Assembly (NCBI GenBank): GCA_963706025.1
Contig: CAVPLM010000003.1
Span: forward strand, 352,001 to 416,000
Reading direction: 5' to 3'
Origin: an uncultured Actinomycetes bacterium
Lineage (GTDB): Bacteria > Actinomycetota > Thermoleophilia > RBG-16-64-13
Length of the DNA: 64,000 bases
The notes beneath the pieces are model-generated. The model had not been told where the DNA came from and searched no databases. It saw nothing but the letters and a program-made list of their open reading frames with translations. Shown here piece by piece: positions 10,195 through 18,986 of the stretch; position 1 is the first letter of the stretch, and the number at the start of each line of letters is the position of its first letter. Made by a program: the position numbers and the translations under genes.

Positions 10195-10316
10195 CAGCCC
10201 CAGGATTACTCCGGGGCAGGCCGAATGGACTACAATACGTGGTCGTCGGCCGTCCCTTGACCTGGGAGAGTTCGATCGGTTTGTCCAGTTCGTCCCGTCT
10301 GCGCCGGTCTCCTGTT

Positions 10317-12365
10317 GTGCCCCGCCGTGGGGTCGCGATCACCCGGCTCCTCACCTTGGTGCTCCTTGTGGGGGCGTTCTTGGCGCTGGGATGGGGGCTG
10401 CAGCCGGTCGGGGCGACCGACACCGGGACGGTCGAGCCGGCTCAGTACGCCGCCGCCGGCCCCCTCGTCACGGATGCCCTTCCCGCGGAAGTCCCGCCGG
10501 GCGCGGGGCGTATCGCGCTGAAACTGGCGCCCGGCTATCGTCTTGAATCCGGGGCCGACGGGGCCCTGCTGGTGGTGCAAGACCGGGGGGTCATGGCTAC
10601 TGCGGCGATGGACGTCCTCGGGATGGCGCTGCAGCAGGTAGCCGAAGTCGAAGGTCTTGGCATCCAGGTGGTGGCGCCGACATCGTCTGATGCGCCGACG
10701 GCGGCCGATGATGCTGATCTGGAGGCGGCGGTCGGAGCGCTGCGGCTCCTGCCCGGAGTGCTCTGGGCGGAAGTCAGCCATCCGGTCTACGCGTGCCTGG
10801 TGCCCAATGATCCGCTATACGCGCCCAGCGTCTGGGAACCTCTCGGCCAATGGGGTCTTGTTCGTGTCGGCCTGCCCACAGCGTGGGACACGGTCACCGG
10901 TTCGGCCGACGTGGTGGTGGCGGTGGTCGACAGCGGGCTCAATCGCGACATAATGGATTTCGCCGGCCGCATCGTGTACCCCTACAGCATCCTTTCCGGA
11001 AGCTCGGTCTGGCCGGCCTGGCAGGATACCTACGGCCACGGCTCGGGAGTGGCGGCAGTGGCCGCTGCCCAGGGCAACGATCATCTGGGGATCGCCGGGG
11101 CGGCCTGGAACGTCAAGGTGATGCCCGTCAAGATCGCCAATTCCAACTCATCGGATGATGTGACTCTGGCAGCGGGTATCACGTATGCGGTCGACAAGGG
11201 CGCCGACGTCATCAACGTGAGCTTCGCCGGGACGGAGGGAAGTAGGACCCTGGAGAGCGCCGTCGACTACGCGCTGGCGCGCGGCGTCGTGATAGTGGCC
11301 GCTGCCGGCAACAACAGCGCTTGGTCCGTCGGCTATCCCGCTGCGATCCCGGGTGTCATCGCCGTGGGGGCCACCGACAGCGCCAACAACCGGTGCAGTT
11401 TCTCCAATCAAGGGAGCGCCCTCGACATCGCCGCGCCGGGGGCCAGCATACTGAGTTACACCACCGCTTCGGCCACGTCGTTCGCACGCTGGAGCGGTAC
11501 GTCGTTCTCCTCTCCCCTCGTGGCTGGTGTGGCGGCGCTCTTGAAGTCCGCGAACCCGACTCTTACACCTGCAGAGATCGCCGACATGATCAGCGACTCA
11601 GCCGATGACCTGGGTGTGAGCGGTTGGGACCAGGCGTTCGGCTGGGGATTGCTCGATGCCGACGAGGCGGTCGCGGAGGCGGTAGCCGGCGTCACCACCA
11701 CGACCACTACCACGGTCTCGACTACCACTACGACCACGGTCCCCTCCACGACCACCACGACGGCCCCACCGTCGACGACCACCACAACGACGACATCCAC
11801 GACCATCGTGGGCCGATTCGCCGACGTGTCCGCGGAGACCACGCCATACGCGGCTCAGATCGAGCAGTTGGCCGCTTCGGGGGTCGTCGAAGGCTACACG
11901 GTGGGCGATCACAAGGAATTCCGTCCTCTCGACCTTGTGAGGCGCCAGCAGTTCGCGAAGATGATCGTGCTCACTCTGGGTTATCCCGTGACGGAGAGTG
12001 ACACCTGTACGTTCACCGACGTGGTTCACAAACCCGGGGAGCTCTATCCCTATCACTACGTTGCGGTCGCCTACAAGAAGGGGATCACAGAGGGTACTAA
12101 GCCTCCGCGACTGTTCTCTCCCTACGGCGAGTTGACGCGGGCGCAGATGATCACCATGGTGGTGCGGGCCACCCAACTGCCCGATCCCCCGCCGGGCTAC
12201 ACCCCGCCCTTCCCCAACTTCTCGGCTGTGCATTACCCCTTCGCGCGGAAGGCGGCAAGTGCTGGGCTTCTGGACGTGCTGGAAGGGATGGGGCCCGGTT
12301 ACGACTTCCTCGCTCCGGCGACCCGGGGTGAGGTATGCGCCTTGCTCGCACCCTTGCTTCAGTAG
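10317..12365 (+). CDS. S8 subtilase with Thr-rich linker and C-terminal SLH domains (start approximate)
   Basis: Catalytic VAVVDSG, HGSGVA, AAAGN and SGTSFSSP motifs; poly-Thr linker; FADV...FRPLDLVRRQQFAKMIV...ATRGEVCALL. Confidence 0.9.
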   Translation: MPRRGVAITRLLTLVLLVGAFLALGWGLQPVGATDTGTVEPAQYAAAGPLVTDALPAEVPPGAGRIALKLAPGYRLESGADGALLVVQDRGVMATAAMDVLGMALQQVAEVEGLGIQVVAPTSSDAPTAADDADLEAAVGALRLLPGVLWAEVSHPVYACLVPNDPLYAPSVWEPLGQWGLVRVGLPTAWDTVTGSADVVVAVVDSGLNRDIMDFAGRIVYPYSILSGSSVWPAWQDTYGHGSGVAAVAAAQGNDHLGIAGAAWNVKVMPVKIANSNSSDDVTLAAGITYAVDKGADVINVSFAGTEGSRTLESAVDYALARGVVIVAAAGNNSAWSVGYPAAIPGVIAVGATDSANNRCSFSNQGSALDIAAPGASILSYTTASATSFARWSGTSFSSPLVAGVAALLKSANPTLTPAEIADMISDSADDLGVSGWDQAFGWGLLDADEAVAEAVAGVTTTTTTTVSTTTTTTVPSTTTTTAPPSTTTTTTTSTTIVGRFADVSAETTPYAAQIEQLAASGVVEGYTVGDHKEFRPLDLVRRQQFAKMIVLTLGYPVTESDTCTFTDVVHKPGELYPYHYVAVAYKKGITEGTKPPRLFSPYGELTRAQMITMVVRATQLPDPPPGYTPPFPNFSAVHYPFARKAASAGLLDVLEGMGPGYDFLAPATRGEVCALLAPLLQ

Positions 12366-12901
12366 CTGCCGTAGCGGTCCCGGAACTCCCGGTCGAGGAT
12401 GTCGAGCACCACATAGTCGGCGAAGCGCCCGTGCTGGAATGCCGCCTCGCGCTCTCTGCCCACCTCGACGAAGCCCACGCGTCTATAGAGACCGAGCCCG
12501 CGGCCATGATCTTGATGTGCCCTGAGACGCACGCTGTGCAGCCCCAACGTATCGAAGGCGAAGTGCAGGCAGGTCACAATGGCCTCTGCCCCGTAACCCT
12601 GACCCCAGTCTTCCTTCGATCCGATCACCAAGCCTAGCTCGGCTCGACGGTTCACCAGGTTCACGTCTTTGATGCCCACGTTGCCTATGTACCGACCATC
12701 CTCGATCAGGTGGATCTCGAAGGTGTAGCGGTCGGTTGAGGCGGCCTCGCGGTCGTAGTAGTACTCTTCGGCTTCCCGGGTGACGGGGATGTGACCGACG
12801 ACCAGATACTCGTGCACCTCGGGATCGTTCAACCAGCCGCGGATGGTCTCGGCGTTTCCCCGGTCCAGTTCGGTGAGGTAGATCCTCTCGCCTTTGATCA
12901 T
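12359..12901 (-). CDS. GNAT (RimJ/RimL-type) acetyltransferase
   Basis: MIKGERIYL...AELGLVIGSKEDWGQGYGAEAI...FAFDTLGLHSV...LYRRVGFVEVGREREA. Confidence 0.9.
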   Translation of the reverse strand: MIKGERIYLTELDRGNAETIRGWLNDPEVHEYLVVGHIPVTREAEEYYYDREAASTDRYTFEIHLIEDGRYIGNVGIKDVNLVNRRAELGLVIGSKEDWGQGYGAEAIVTCLHFAFDTLGLHSVRLRAHQDHGRGLGLYRRVGFVEVGREREAAFQHGRFADYVVLDILDREFRDRYGSY

Positions 12902-12957
12902 GTTACTGCGCGCGCTGGACGGAGCCACAATCGCCGGTATGGCCGATCAGCCGGAGT

Positions 12958-13584
12958 TCACTCGGCGGGACCGGGCTGGAAACTCGCCACCAGCGCAGCG
13001 AAGACGGGCGCGTTTGTCTCCCAGTTCTCGGTAGCAGCCTGCAGGGTGAGCTGGTATTCGATGTCGCCGCTGAACAAGAAGTAGAGCGTGGAGGTGACCG
13101 GCGCACCGCTCTTAAAGAAGCTGTAGGTAACCTTGAAGCCGGACATCCCCGCGACCTTGGCCTCGGACAAGGCTTCTATCGTCTCCATATCGGTCGCCTG
13201 GCTTTCGAGGCTGGCGAGCACCTGCTCCACTTCAGCCTGGATCTCAGGCATCATGGACTCGTCGACGGTGAGATTGAGCTCGTAGACCGACACCTGGGCC
13301 AGGTCGATGTACGTGTCATCGGCGACGGCCCCCTCGGGATCGAACACACCCACGCTTTTCGCAGCGCTACCACCTGCCGTGACGTCGGAGCTGTCGCCCT
13401 CCTGCAGTTGCCAGTCGGCCGGGTAGTCGAAGCTGAAGCCGTAGTCGGTATCGGTGTAGGTCTTGGTGCCACCGCTATTGGAATCGCCGCCGTTTCCACA
13501 GCCGGCAGCCACGAACGCCGCCACTAGGAGGACGCATCCCAGCAGGGCTGCAAACCCCATTGAACGGCGTGTGCGCATTCTCAT
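12958..13584 (-). CDS. PsbP-like lipoprotein
   Basis: AAGC lipobox; KTYTDTDYGFSFDYPADW; YQLTLQA...FAALVASFQ. Confidence 0.65.
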   Translation of the reverse strand: MRMRTRRSMGFAALLGCVLLVAAFVAAGCGNGGDSNSGGTKTYTDTDYGFSFDYPADWQLQEGDSSDVTAGGSAAKSVGVFDPEGAVADDTYIDLAQVSVYELNLTVDESMMPEIQAEVEQVLASLESQATDMETIEALSEAKVAGMSGFKVTYSFFKSGAPVTSTLYFLFSGDIEYQLTLQAATENWETNAPVFAALVASFQPGPAE

Positions 13585-13752
13585 CTTCGTCTCCTCGTGT
13601 GGATGGTGTGCCACCCATTGTGCCACGTGCGCGGGCAAGGAAGGGAGCCCGCGTCGCCGGCACGCAGGCATCGTCGCTCTTGAGCAGAAAATAACAGAGA
13701 GTCGGTAACGGGATCGCGTGGAGACTCGTCATTATGAGAAGGGTGGACTAAG

Positions 13753-14931
13753 GTGCGGTTCAGACGAGCCCTCTTCATCCTGGTCTGCGGTGGTCTCATC
13801 TCGGCGGCAGCCTTGCTGCAGGGAGGCTGCGTAGAGATCACCGGTTTCCAGATCAATGGAGCTGTCGCAGCCGGCTCGCATCACGTCATCACTCTGCAAG
13901 CCTCGGCGACGGTGCCCTCCGGTGGCCCCGTCAGGTGCGTGATAGCGATCCGCATACCTTCGCAGTGGGAGGTCGGTTCGGCGACGTTGAACGGGCCGAC
14001 AGTGACGGATACGTTCCAGGAGTCGAGCGTCATGGAAACCGTCTACGCCAACGAGTGGGAAGCGGCGCCGGTCGGCGTGGGCCACAACGGCCGCAAAGAA
14101 GGCTACAAGTGGTGGGTGGGATACAGCGGTGCGCACGACTGGGCGCTGGGTGAAACGGGCCAGGTAGCCATAACCATAGACACCCACGGGCGGGGCGGCA
14201 GTTACCTGCTCGATCTGGCGACCGGGGTCGCGGGAAGCGCCGACCCGGAGAATCTCGCGGACAAGAGCTTGTGGCAGGTGGGAAGCGCGGGGCTCAAGCC
14301 GTCCGGGGTGCTGCTCGATCAGGCGATCACCCTCTATTGCTTCACAGATGTGATCCCTGGAGTCAGGTATTTCGAAGCCATCCAGGGGATGGGGGCACAG
14401 GGACTTGTCGAGGGCTATCCCGTCGGTTCTGGAGGTTACCGGGAGTTCAGGCCCACGAACCCAGTCCTCCGGGCTCAGTACGCCAAGATGATGGTGGGCG
14501 CTCTAGGTCTGGGCGTCGACGAGGCCATGACTCCCCCCGTGGACTTCCGCGATCTGGGCCGCGACGTGAGCACCAATCTCTACCCGCACGAGTATGTGTG
14601 GACGGCGTATGGCAACAACATCATCAAGGGCTACACTGACGGCACCTTCAGACCCTACGTCGCGATCAGCCGGGGCCACGCCGTCACGATGACCGTGAGG
14701 GCGCTTCAGAAGCTGCACCCGAGCGTCCTCCAGACTGTGCCCGCTACGTTCGTCCAGACCTGGGGCAAGGACCTGTTGCCCGAGCACAGCGCCAATGCCC
14801 GCATAGCCGAATACAACCATCTCCTGGACGGCCTGCCCTTGACCACGACGTCCGCCGACGGCAAAGCAGCCATGTCCAGGGGTGAGGTGGCGCAGTTGCT
14901 CTGGAACATGATGGATCTCGTCGCGCGATAG
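13753..14931 (+). CDS. Putative lipoprotein with unknown N-terminal beta-rich domain and C-terminal SLH domains
   Basis: LQGGC lipobox-like; FTDV..YFEAIQGM..GLVEGY..EFRPTNPVLRAQYAKMMV; IIKGYTDGTFRPYVAISRGH; MSRGEVAQLLWN. Confidence 0.75.
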   Translation: MRFRRALFILVCGGLISAAALLQGGCVEITGFQINGAVAAGSHHVITLQASATVPSGGPVRCVIAIRIPSQWEVGSATLNGPTVTDTFQESSVMETVYANEWEAAPVGVGHNGRKEGYKWWVGYSGAHDWALGETGQVAITIDTHGRGGSYLLDLATGVAGSADPENLADKSLWQVGSAGLKPSGVLLDQAITLYCFTDVIPGVRYFEAIQGMGAQGLVEGYPVGSGGYREFRPTNPVLRAQYAKMMVGALGLGVDEAMTPPVDFRDLGRDVSTNLYPHEYVWTAYGNNIIKGYTDGTFRPYVAISRGHAVTMTVRALQKLHPSVLQTVPATFVQTWGKDLLPEHSANARIAEYNHLLDGLPLTTTSADGKAAMSRGEVAQLLWNMMDLVAR

Positions 14932-14990
14932 CGCTTCGGGATCGCGCTGGAGAGGCTTCGCCCTGTCGCCTCGCCCTCGTGACCCTGCGG

Positions 14991-15575
14991 TCAGGCGAGG
15001 ACTTCCACCAGAGTCCAGATGCCGAAGCCGATGAAGAGGGCTCCGGAAATGCGCTTCATGAGCTTCTCCGGCACCCGGCGACCGGCCGTGTGCCCGATGA
15101 CCACCGCGAGGGCGTTGGCGAGGATCATCCCTATCGTCGCTCCCAGCCATACCCCGACAGAGCCGAACAGGCTGCCCTCGAAACGGGCGCCCAGCGACAA
15201 GACGGCCAGCTGGGTCTTGTCTCCGATCTCAGCGATGAAGAACGCTCCGGCCACTGCGAGTATGACGTGCCTCTGGCTCTTGACCTCGCACTCTCCGCCT
15301 TCCTCCGCAGGCTTCTCCTTGGCCAGCAGGTTCCAGAGTCCGAAGCCGATGAAGAGCACTCCGGCCCCGATTCTCACGGCCGTAAGCGGTATGAAACGCC
15401 CGGCAACGGCTCCGACCACCACGGCGATCAGGTTGAGCACGGCGATGGCGATGGCCACTCCGATGAGGACCTTGCGCGCCGGATACCGGCAAGATAGAGA
15501 CAGGGTGAGCAACTGCGTCTTGTCGGCCATCTCGGCGATGGTGACAAGGATGAAGGAAGTAATGAAGGGCGTCAT
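14991..15575 (-). CDS. TMEM165/GDT1 (UPF0016) Mn2+/Ca2+ transporter
   Basis: Two ExGD(K)TQ-type motifs (AEMADKTQ, AEIGDKTQ) and six TM segments. Start could be 15584. Confidence 0.9.
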   Translation of the reverse strand: MTPFITSFILVTIAEMADKTQLLTLSLSCRYPARKVLIGVAIAIAVLNLIAVVVGAVAGRFIPLTAVRIGAGVLFIGFGLWNLLAKEKPAEEGGECEVKSQRHVILAVAGAFFIAEIGDKTQLAVLSLGARFEGSLFGSVGVWLGATIGMILANALAVVIGHTAGRRVPEKLMKRISGALFIGFGIWTLVEVLA

Positions 15576-15655
15576 CGGCCGCATGATAGCAGGCCCATTA
15601 CCTGGGACGCTGGGTTACACTGAGAATGGATTGCAGGCGAGAGGGGGAGAGGTTC

Positions 15656-16666
15656 TTGGAAGCACGCATCATCGGGCTGAAGGGGTGCGGCAAGACCACT
15701 CTGGTGGCGGCCCTGGCTGAGGGCCGCGGTGAGGGACACATCGCCACCGTGCACGTGGGGGACGCGCGCGTGCGCACCCTGTCCGAGATATTCCAGCCTA
15801 AGAAGACCACGTTCGCTGAGCTCAGGGTGCGGGAGGTGGCCTGGCCGGAGGCGAGCGCCCGGAAGGGGGAGATGGAGCGGTATCTGGACGCTCTCGCCGG
15901 CGGCCAGGTGTATCTGCACGTGCTGCGCGCGTTCGAGAACCCCACGCTGGGCGAGCCGGTCCACCCGCGACGGGATCTCGAGGAACTGGACCGGGAGTTC
16001 CTGCTGTTTGATCTGATACGGGTGGAGCGGGCTTTCGAGCGGGCTAAGAAGGCCCCGCTGCCCGACATCGGCAAGAAGGCCCTCACCCGCTGCCGGGACG
16101 TTCTGGAAGCCGAGACCCCGCTCCGCGAGGTCGATTTCGACGAATCCCAATCGGCTTTCATCAGCGGATACCAGTTCCTCACCCTGATCCCTCAGTTACT
16201 GGTGGTCAACACCGAGTCGGAGGGATCCTGGGAGGCTTCCGCTCTAGAATCGCTCGCTAGCCACCGCCAAGTCCTGGCGTTCCCCTTTGTCGATGCCCTC
16301 GAAGTGGCCAGGCTCTCCTTGGAGGAGCAGGAAGAGTACGCTCTGGCTCTAGGGCTCCCCGGTCCGGCCGGTGAGGTGGTGGCGCGGGCAGCCTTCGCGC
16401 AACTGGGCCTCATCAGCTTTCTCACCACAGGCAGCGACGAGGTCCGAGCCTGGCCTGTGCGTGCGGGTGAAACCGCACGGGAAGCTGCCGGCGCCGTCCA
16501 CTCCGACATCCAGCGGGGCTTCATCCGGGCGGAAGTGGTCTCGTTTGACGACTTCATGCGCCATGGCACCATGAAAGCCTGTCGCGACACGGGAGTCCTG
16601 AGGATCGAAGGCAAGGACTACGTGGTCGCCGACGGCGACATGATCAACTTCCGGTTCAACGTGTAG
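15656..16666 (+). CDS. YchF-like (DUF933/TGS) ATPase paralogue with degenerate G domain
   Basis: GLKGCGKTT P-loop; C-terminal TTGSDEVRAW...AAGAVHSDIQRGFIRAEV...EGKDYVVADGDMINFRFNV. Confidence 0.85.
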   Translation: MEARIIGLKGCGKTTLVAALAEGRGEGHIATVHVGDARVRTLSEIFQPKKTTFAELRVREVAWPEASARKGEMERYLDALAGGQVYLHVLRAFENPTLGEPVHPRRDLEELDREFLLFDLIRVERAFERAKKAPLPDIGKKALTRCRDVLEAETPLREVDFDESQSAFISGYQFLTLIPQLLVVNTESEGSWEASALESLASHRQVLAFPFVDALEVARLSLEEQEEYALALGLPGPAGEVVARAAFAQLGLISFLTTGSDEVRAWPVRAGETAREAAGAVHSDIQRGFIRAEVVSFDDFMRHGTMKACRDTGVLRIEGKDYVVADGDMINFRFNV

Positions 16667-16669
16667 GGG

Positions 16670-16853
16670 GGCTGACCTGAGGCCCGCTCACTTCGCGCGC
16701 ACCGAACCCACGCGCGACTGCTGCGTGAGCGGGCCTCAGGTCAGCCTGGCAATCTGTCGCGCGCACCGAACCCATGCGCGACTGCTGCGCGAGCGGGCCT
16801 CAAGTCAGCCTGGCAATCTGTCGTGCGCACCGAACCCATGCGCGACTGCTGCG
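16670..16853. repeat. 64-bp tandem repeat (~2.5 copies) overlapping a perfect 22-bp inverted repeat
   Basis: Copies start at 16693, 16757 and 16821 (TCGCGCGCACCGAACCCAYGCGCGACTGCTGCG...). IR arms are GGCTGACCTGAGGCCCGCTCAC (16670-16691) and its reverse complement (16725-16746). Confidence 0.9.
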
Positions 16854-16920
16854 CCAGAGACCCTCGGGTTGGGCTGATGGTCGCTCCGCCGCGGCACTTC
16901 CGTGCCTGAGTCGGCTTCCG

Positions 16921-17928
16921 CTATTCCGAGCCCGGCTTGTCGACGGCAAAACCTCGGGCAGAGTGGTAGACAGCCTTGTCGAAGAAGACAGCGAAGCGGC
17001 TCTGCAACTCCATCACCCGGTAGGTGTCGACCGGCCTCTGCCACACCCCCTGGGAGCGGGCATAGTCCCAGATATGCTTCTTCAAGAGCATATGGGCGGA
17101 CAAGACCTCGTGCAACTGCACCCCTTGCGCCTGTCGCCGCCTACCCAAGTCCCTGTAGAACGCTTTGATCTGATCTTCGGTGCTTTCGCCCTCCAGCCAC
17201 CGTCCTAGCTGCCGAAGGCCCTCTGTAACCTCGGATAACAAGGGCTCGGGATCCAGACGCCTGTAGCCGGCTGTAGTGCGGCTCGAGCGGACGTCGGCCA
17301 GCCAGAGCCGGGCCACGTACGCGGCATGCTCGCTCACGAATCCGACCAGGCTGTCGGAGAGCATCTCGGCGCCCGGGCCTTCATCGAGGCGGTGGAAAGA
17401 ATCCTGGATGGCCCATTCGTCCAGATGAAGGTCGGCGCATAGCCGGATGGCCTTCTCGTTGGAGGGGAAAGCCAGCGGGGGGAGACGGTCGATGGGGAAG
17501 TAGCCTACGTCCTCGGCGTCGTCGCCAGGAGCCTCCGTCCCGGCAGTCTTCTCCACCTCGAAGGTGACCACCAGCAGCTCGCCATAGTAGGCACCGCTCC
17601 AGGAGTCCGCGTCGATCAACCGAAGGATGCGCCCCTCCACTCCGCTCTCTTCGTGCAGTTCGCGCAGAGCCGCCTCGGCGATGGTCTCGCCCGTCTCGGC
17701 GAAGCCGATGGGCAAGCACCACATACCTTTGTTAGGCGGGAACTTGCGCTTGACGAGCAGAACCTGTCGTTTCGCATCCAATACCAGTGCCCCAGCTGCC
17801 GGAAGCGGATTCTGGTAGAAGACCATGCCGCAGACCGAACAGACTTCCCGCGGCCTGTCGCCGACGATCTGGACATCGATGGGGCCGCCGCATTTGGAGC
17901 AAAAAAGCGCGTTCATATCCTGTTTCAT
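16921..17928 (-). CDS. Zinc-ribbon NUDIX hydrolase fused to C-terminal RsbRD_N-like (non-heme globin-like) domain
   Basis: FCSKCG..CSVCG..YQNP; NUDIX box GFAETGETIAEAALRELHEESGV; C-terminal ARLWLADVR...FYRDLGRRRQAQGVQLHEVLSAHMLLKKHIW...FFDKAVYHSARGF. Confidence 0.8.
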   Translation of the reverse strand: MKQDMNALFCSKCGGPIDVQIVGDRPREVCSVCGMVFYQNPLPAAGALVLDAKRQVLLVKRKFPPNKGMWCLPIGFAETGETIAEAALRELHEESGVEGRILRLIDADSWSGAYYGELLVVTFEVEKTAGTEAPGDDAEDVGYFPIDRLPPLAFPSNEKAIRLCADLHLDEWAIQDSFHRLDEGPGAEMLSDSLVGFVSEHAAYVARLWLADVRSSRTTAGYRRLDPEPLLSEVTEGLRQLGRWLEGESTEDQIKAFYRDLGRRRQAQGVQLHEVLSAHMLLKKHIWDYARSQGVWQRPVDTYRVMELQSRFAVFFDKAVYHSARGFAVDKPGSE

Positions 17929-17967
17929 TCCCGGGGCTGCACTCTCGCCACACCCGGTCGGGCGAAG

Positions 17968-18777
17968 TCACCGAGTGATCGGCTCCTCGGTGACCTGCAA
18001 ATACACGTGGGAACCGGCATCATGCGTATGCTCCGCGAGGGTAGCGCCCAATTCAGCGGGGCACTCGCGTACCTTGCCCAACTGCGTCTTGCCGGCCGTC
18101 ACGACCTCGCCGATGGCGACCGCTGGTTCGCTGATGAACAGGAGAGAGATGGTGGTACCACTCATTTCCTCGGGGCGGATATCGATCCGTATGTCATCGT
18201 ACTTCCCGTACAGCTTGTACGACTTGACGGCGGTCACGAGCCCAGAGACCGGCGATGTCACCGGGGATCCCTCGAGGGCTCCCACCAGCACCGAGCTGGT
18301 GACCGCCCCCTCCTCGCCGGCGAACAGGTAGTACCGGACCGACGGCTCCCCGGAAAAGACACCGCGGAAGAAACGGATCAGCGCGTTGGCGTTGGCTTGG
18401 TCCCCGATGGGAGAGAGCGCCACCGCGCGCTCGTCGCTCACAGGCTGATAAGCGATGATGGTGGCGTCACCGGCGGCAACGGGGAGCAAGAGGTTTCGGT
18501 CGCCCAGCCGGGCGAAGGCGGGGTGTTCTTCGCCGGTGGCGGTAACCGGCGAGGACGGTGAACCGGAATCGCTGACCAAGAGGCTCTGGGCACCGATCTG
18601 GGCGGTCGATCCACCCACGGAGGTGGCGATGAGAATGCCGGCGATCACCAAGCACAGCGCAGCGAACCCCAATGCAAAGCGCATCCTTCGCCTGCGGTGC
18701 ACCGCCGTGACTCGCCGTTTCTGCCTCAGCGATTCCTGGTGGCGCCAGCCCCCTGGTGCAGTTACCCCTTCTCGCAT
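17968..18777 (-). CDS. Membrane-anchored degenerate M23/LytM-like protein
   Basis: Single N-terminal TM; GSPVTSPVSGLVTAV, VAIGEVVTAGKTQLGKV, GSHVYLQV. Zn ligands appear incomplete. Confidence 0.55.
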   Translation of the reverse strand: MREGVTAPGGWRHQESLRQKRRVTAVHRRRRMRFALGFAALCLVIAGILIATSVGGSTAQIGAQSLLVSDSGSPSSPVTATGEEHPAFARLGDRNLLLPVAAGDATIIAYQPVSDERAVALSPIGDQANANALIRFFRGVFSGEPSVRYYLFAGEEGAVTSSVLVGALEGSPVTSPVSGLVTAVKSYKLYGKYDDIRIDIRPEEMSGTTISLLFISEPAVAIGEVVTAGKTQLGKVRECPAELGATLAEHTHDAGSHVYLQVTEEPITR

Positions 18778-18986
18778 TACTGTCAAGGTACCATCTTGCC
18801 GCCCCATTGCCCAGCAAAGACCGCGTATCGAACCGGGAATCGTCTTGGCTTCGGCTTGGCCTGCTTCCTGCGCGGGAGCTCTTTGACTGGTAATCTGACT
18901 GTAATCTGACTGGTAGTCTTTGAAGTGGGCGGGTTGGCGGAGGGCGCGCCGAGCCGAGAAGGCGATCGGAGGGGAAGGAGGGGTAG

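Noticed and set aside
13600-13632. Two TGGCAC copies on the minus strand as a sigma-54 promoter
   Set aside because: There is no correctly spaced TTGC -12 element.
15576-15655. yybP-ykoY Mn riboswitch ahead of the UPF0016 transporter
   Set aside because: The intergenic region is only ~80 nt and the gene appears leaderless.
16693-16853. 64-bp repeats as a CRISPR array
   Set aside because: The units are contiguous with no unique spacers, and no cas genes are present.
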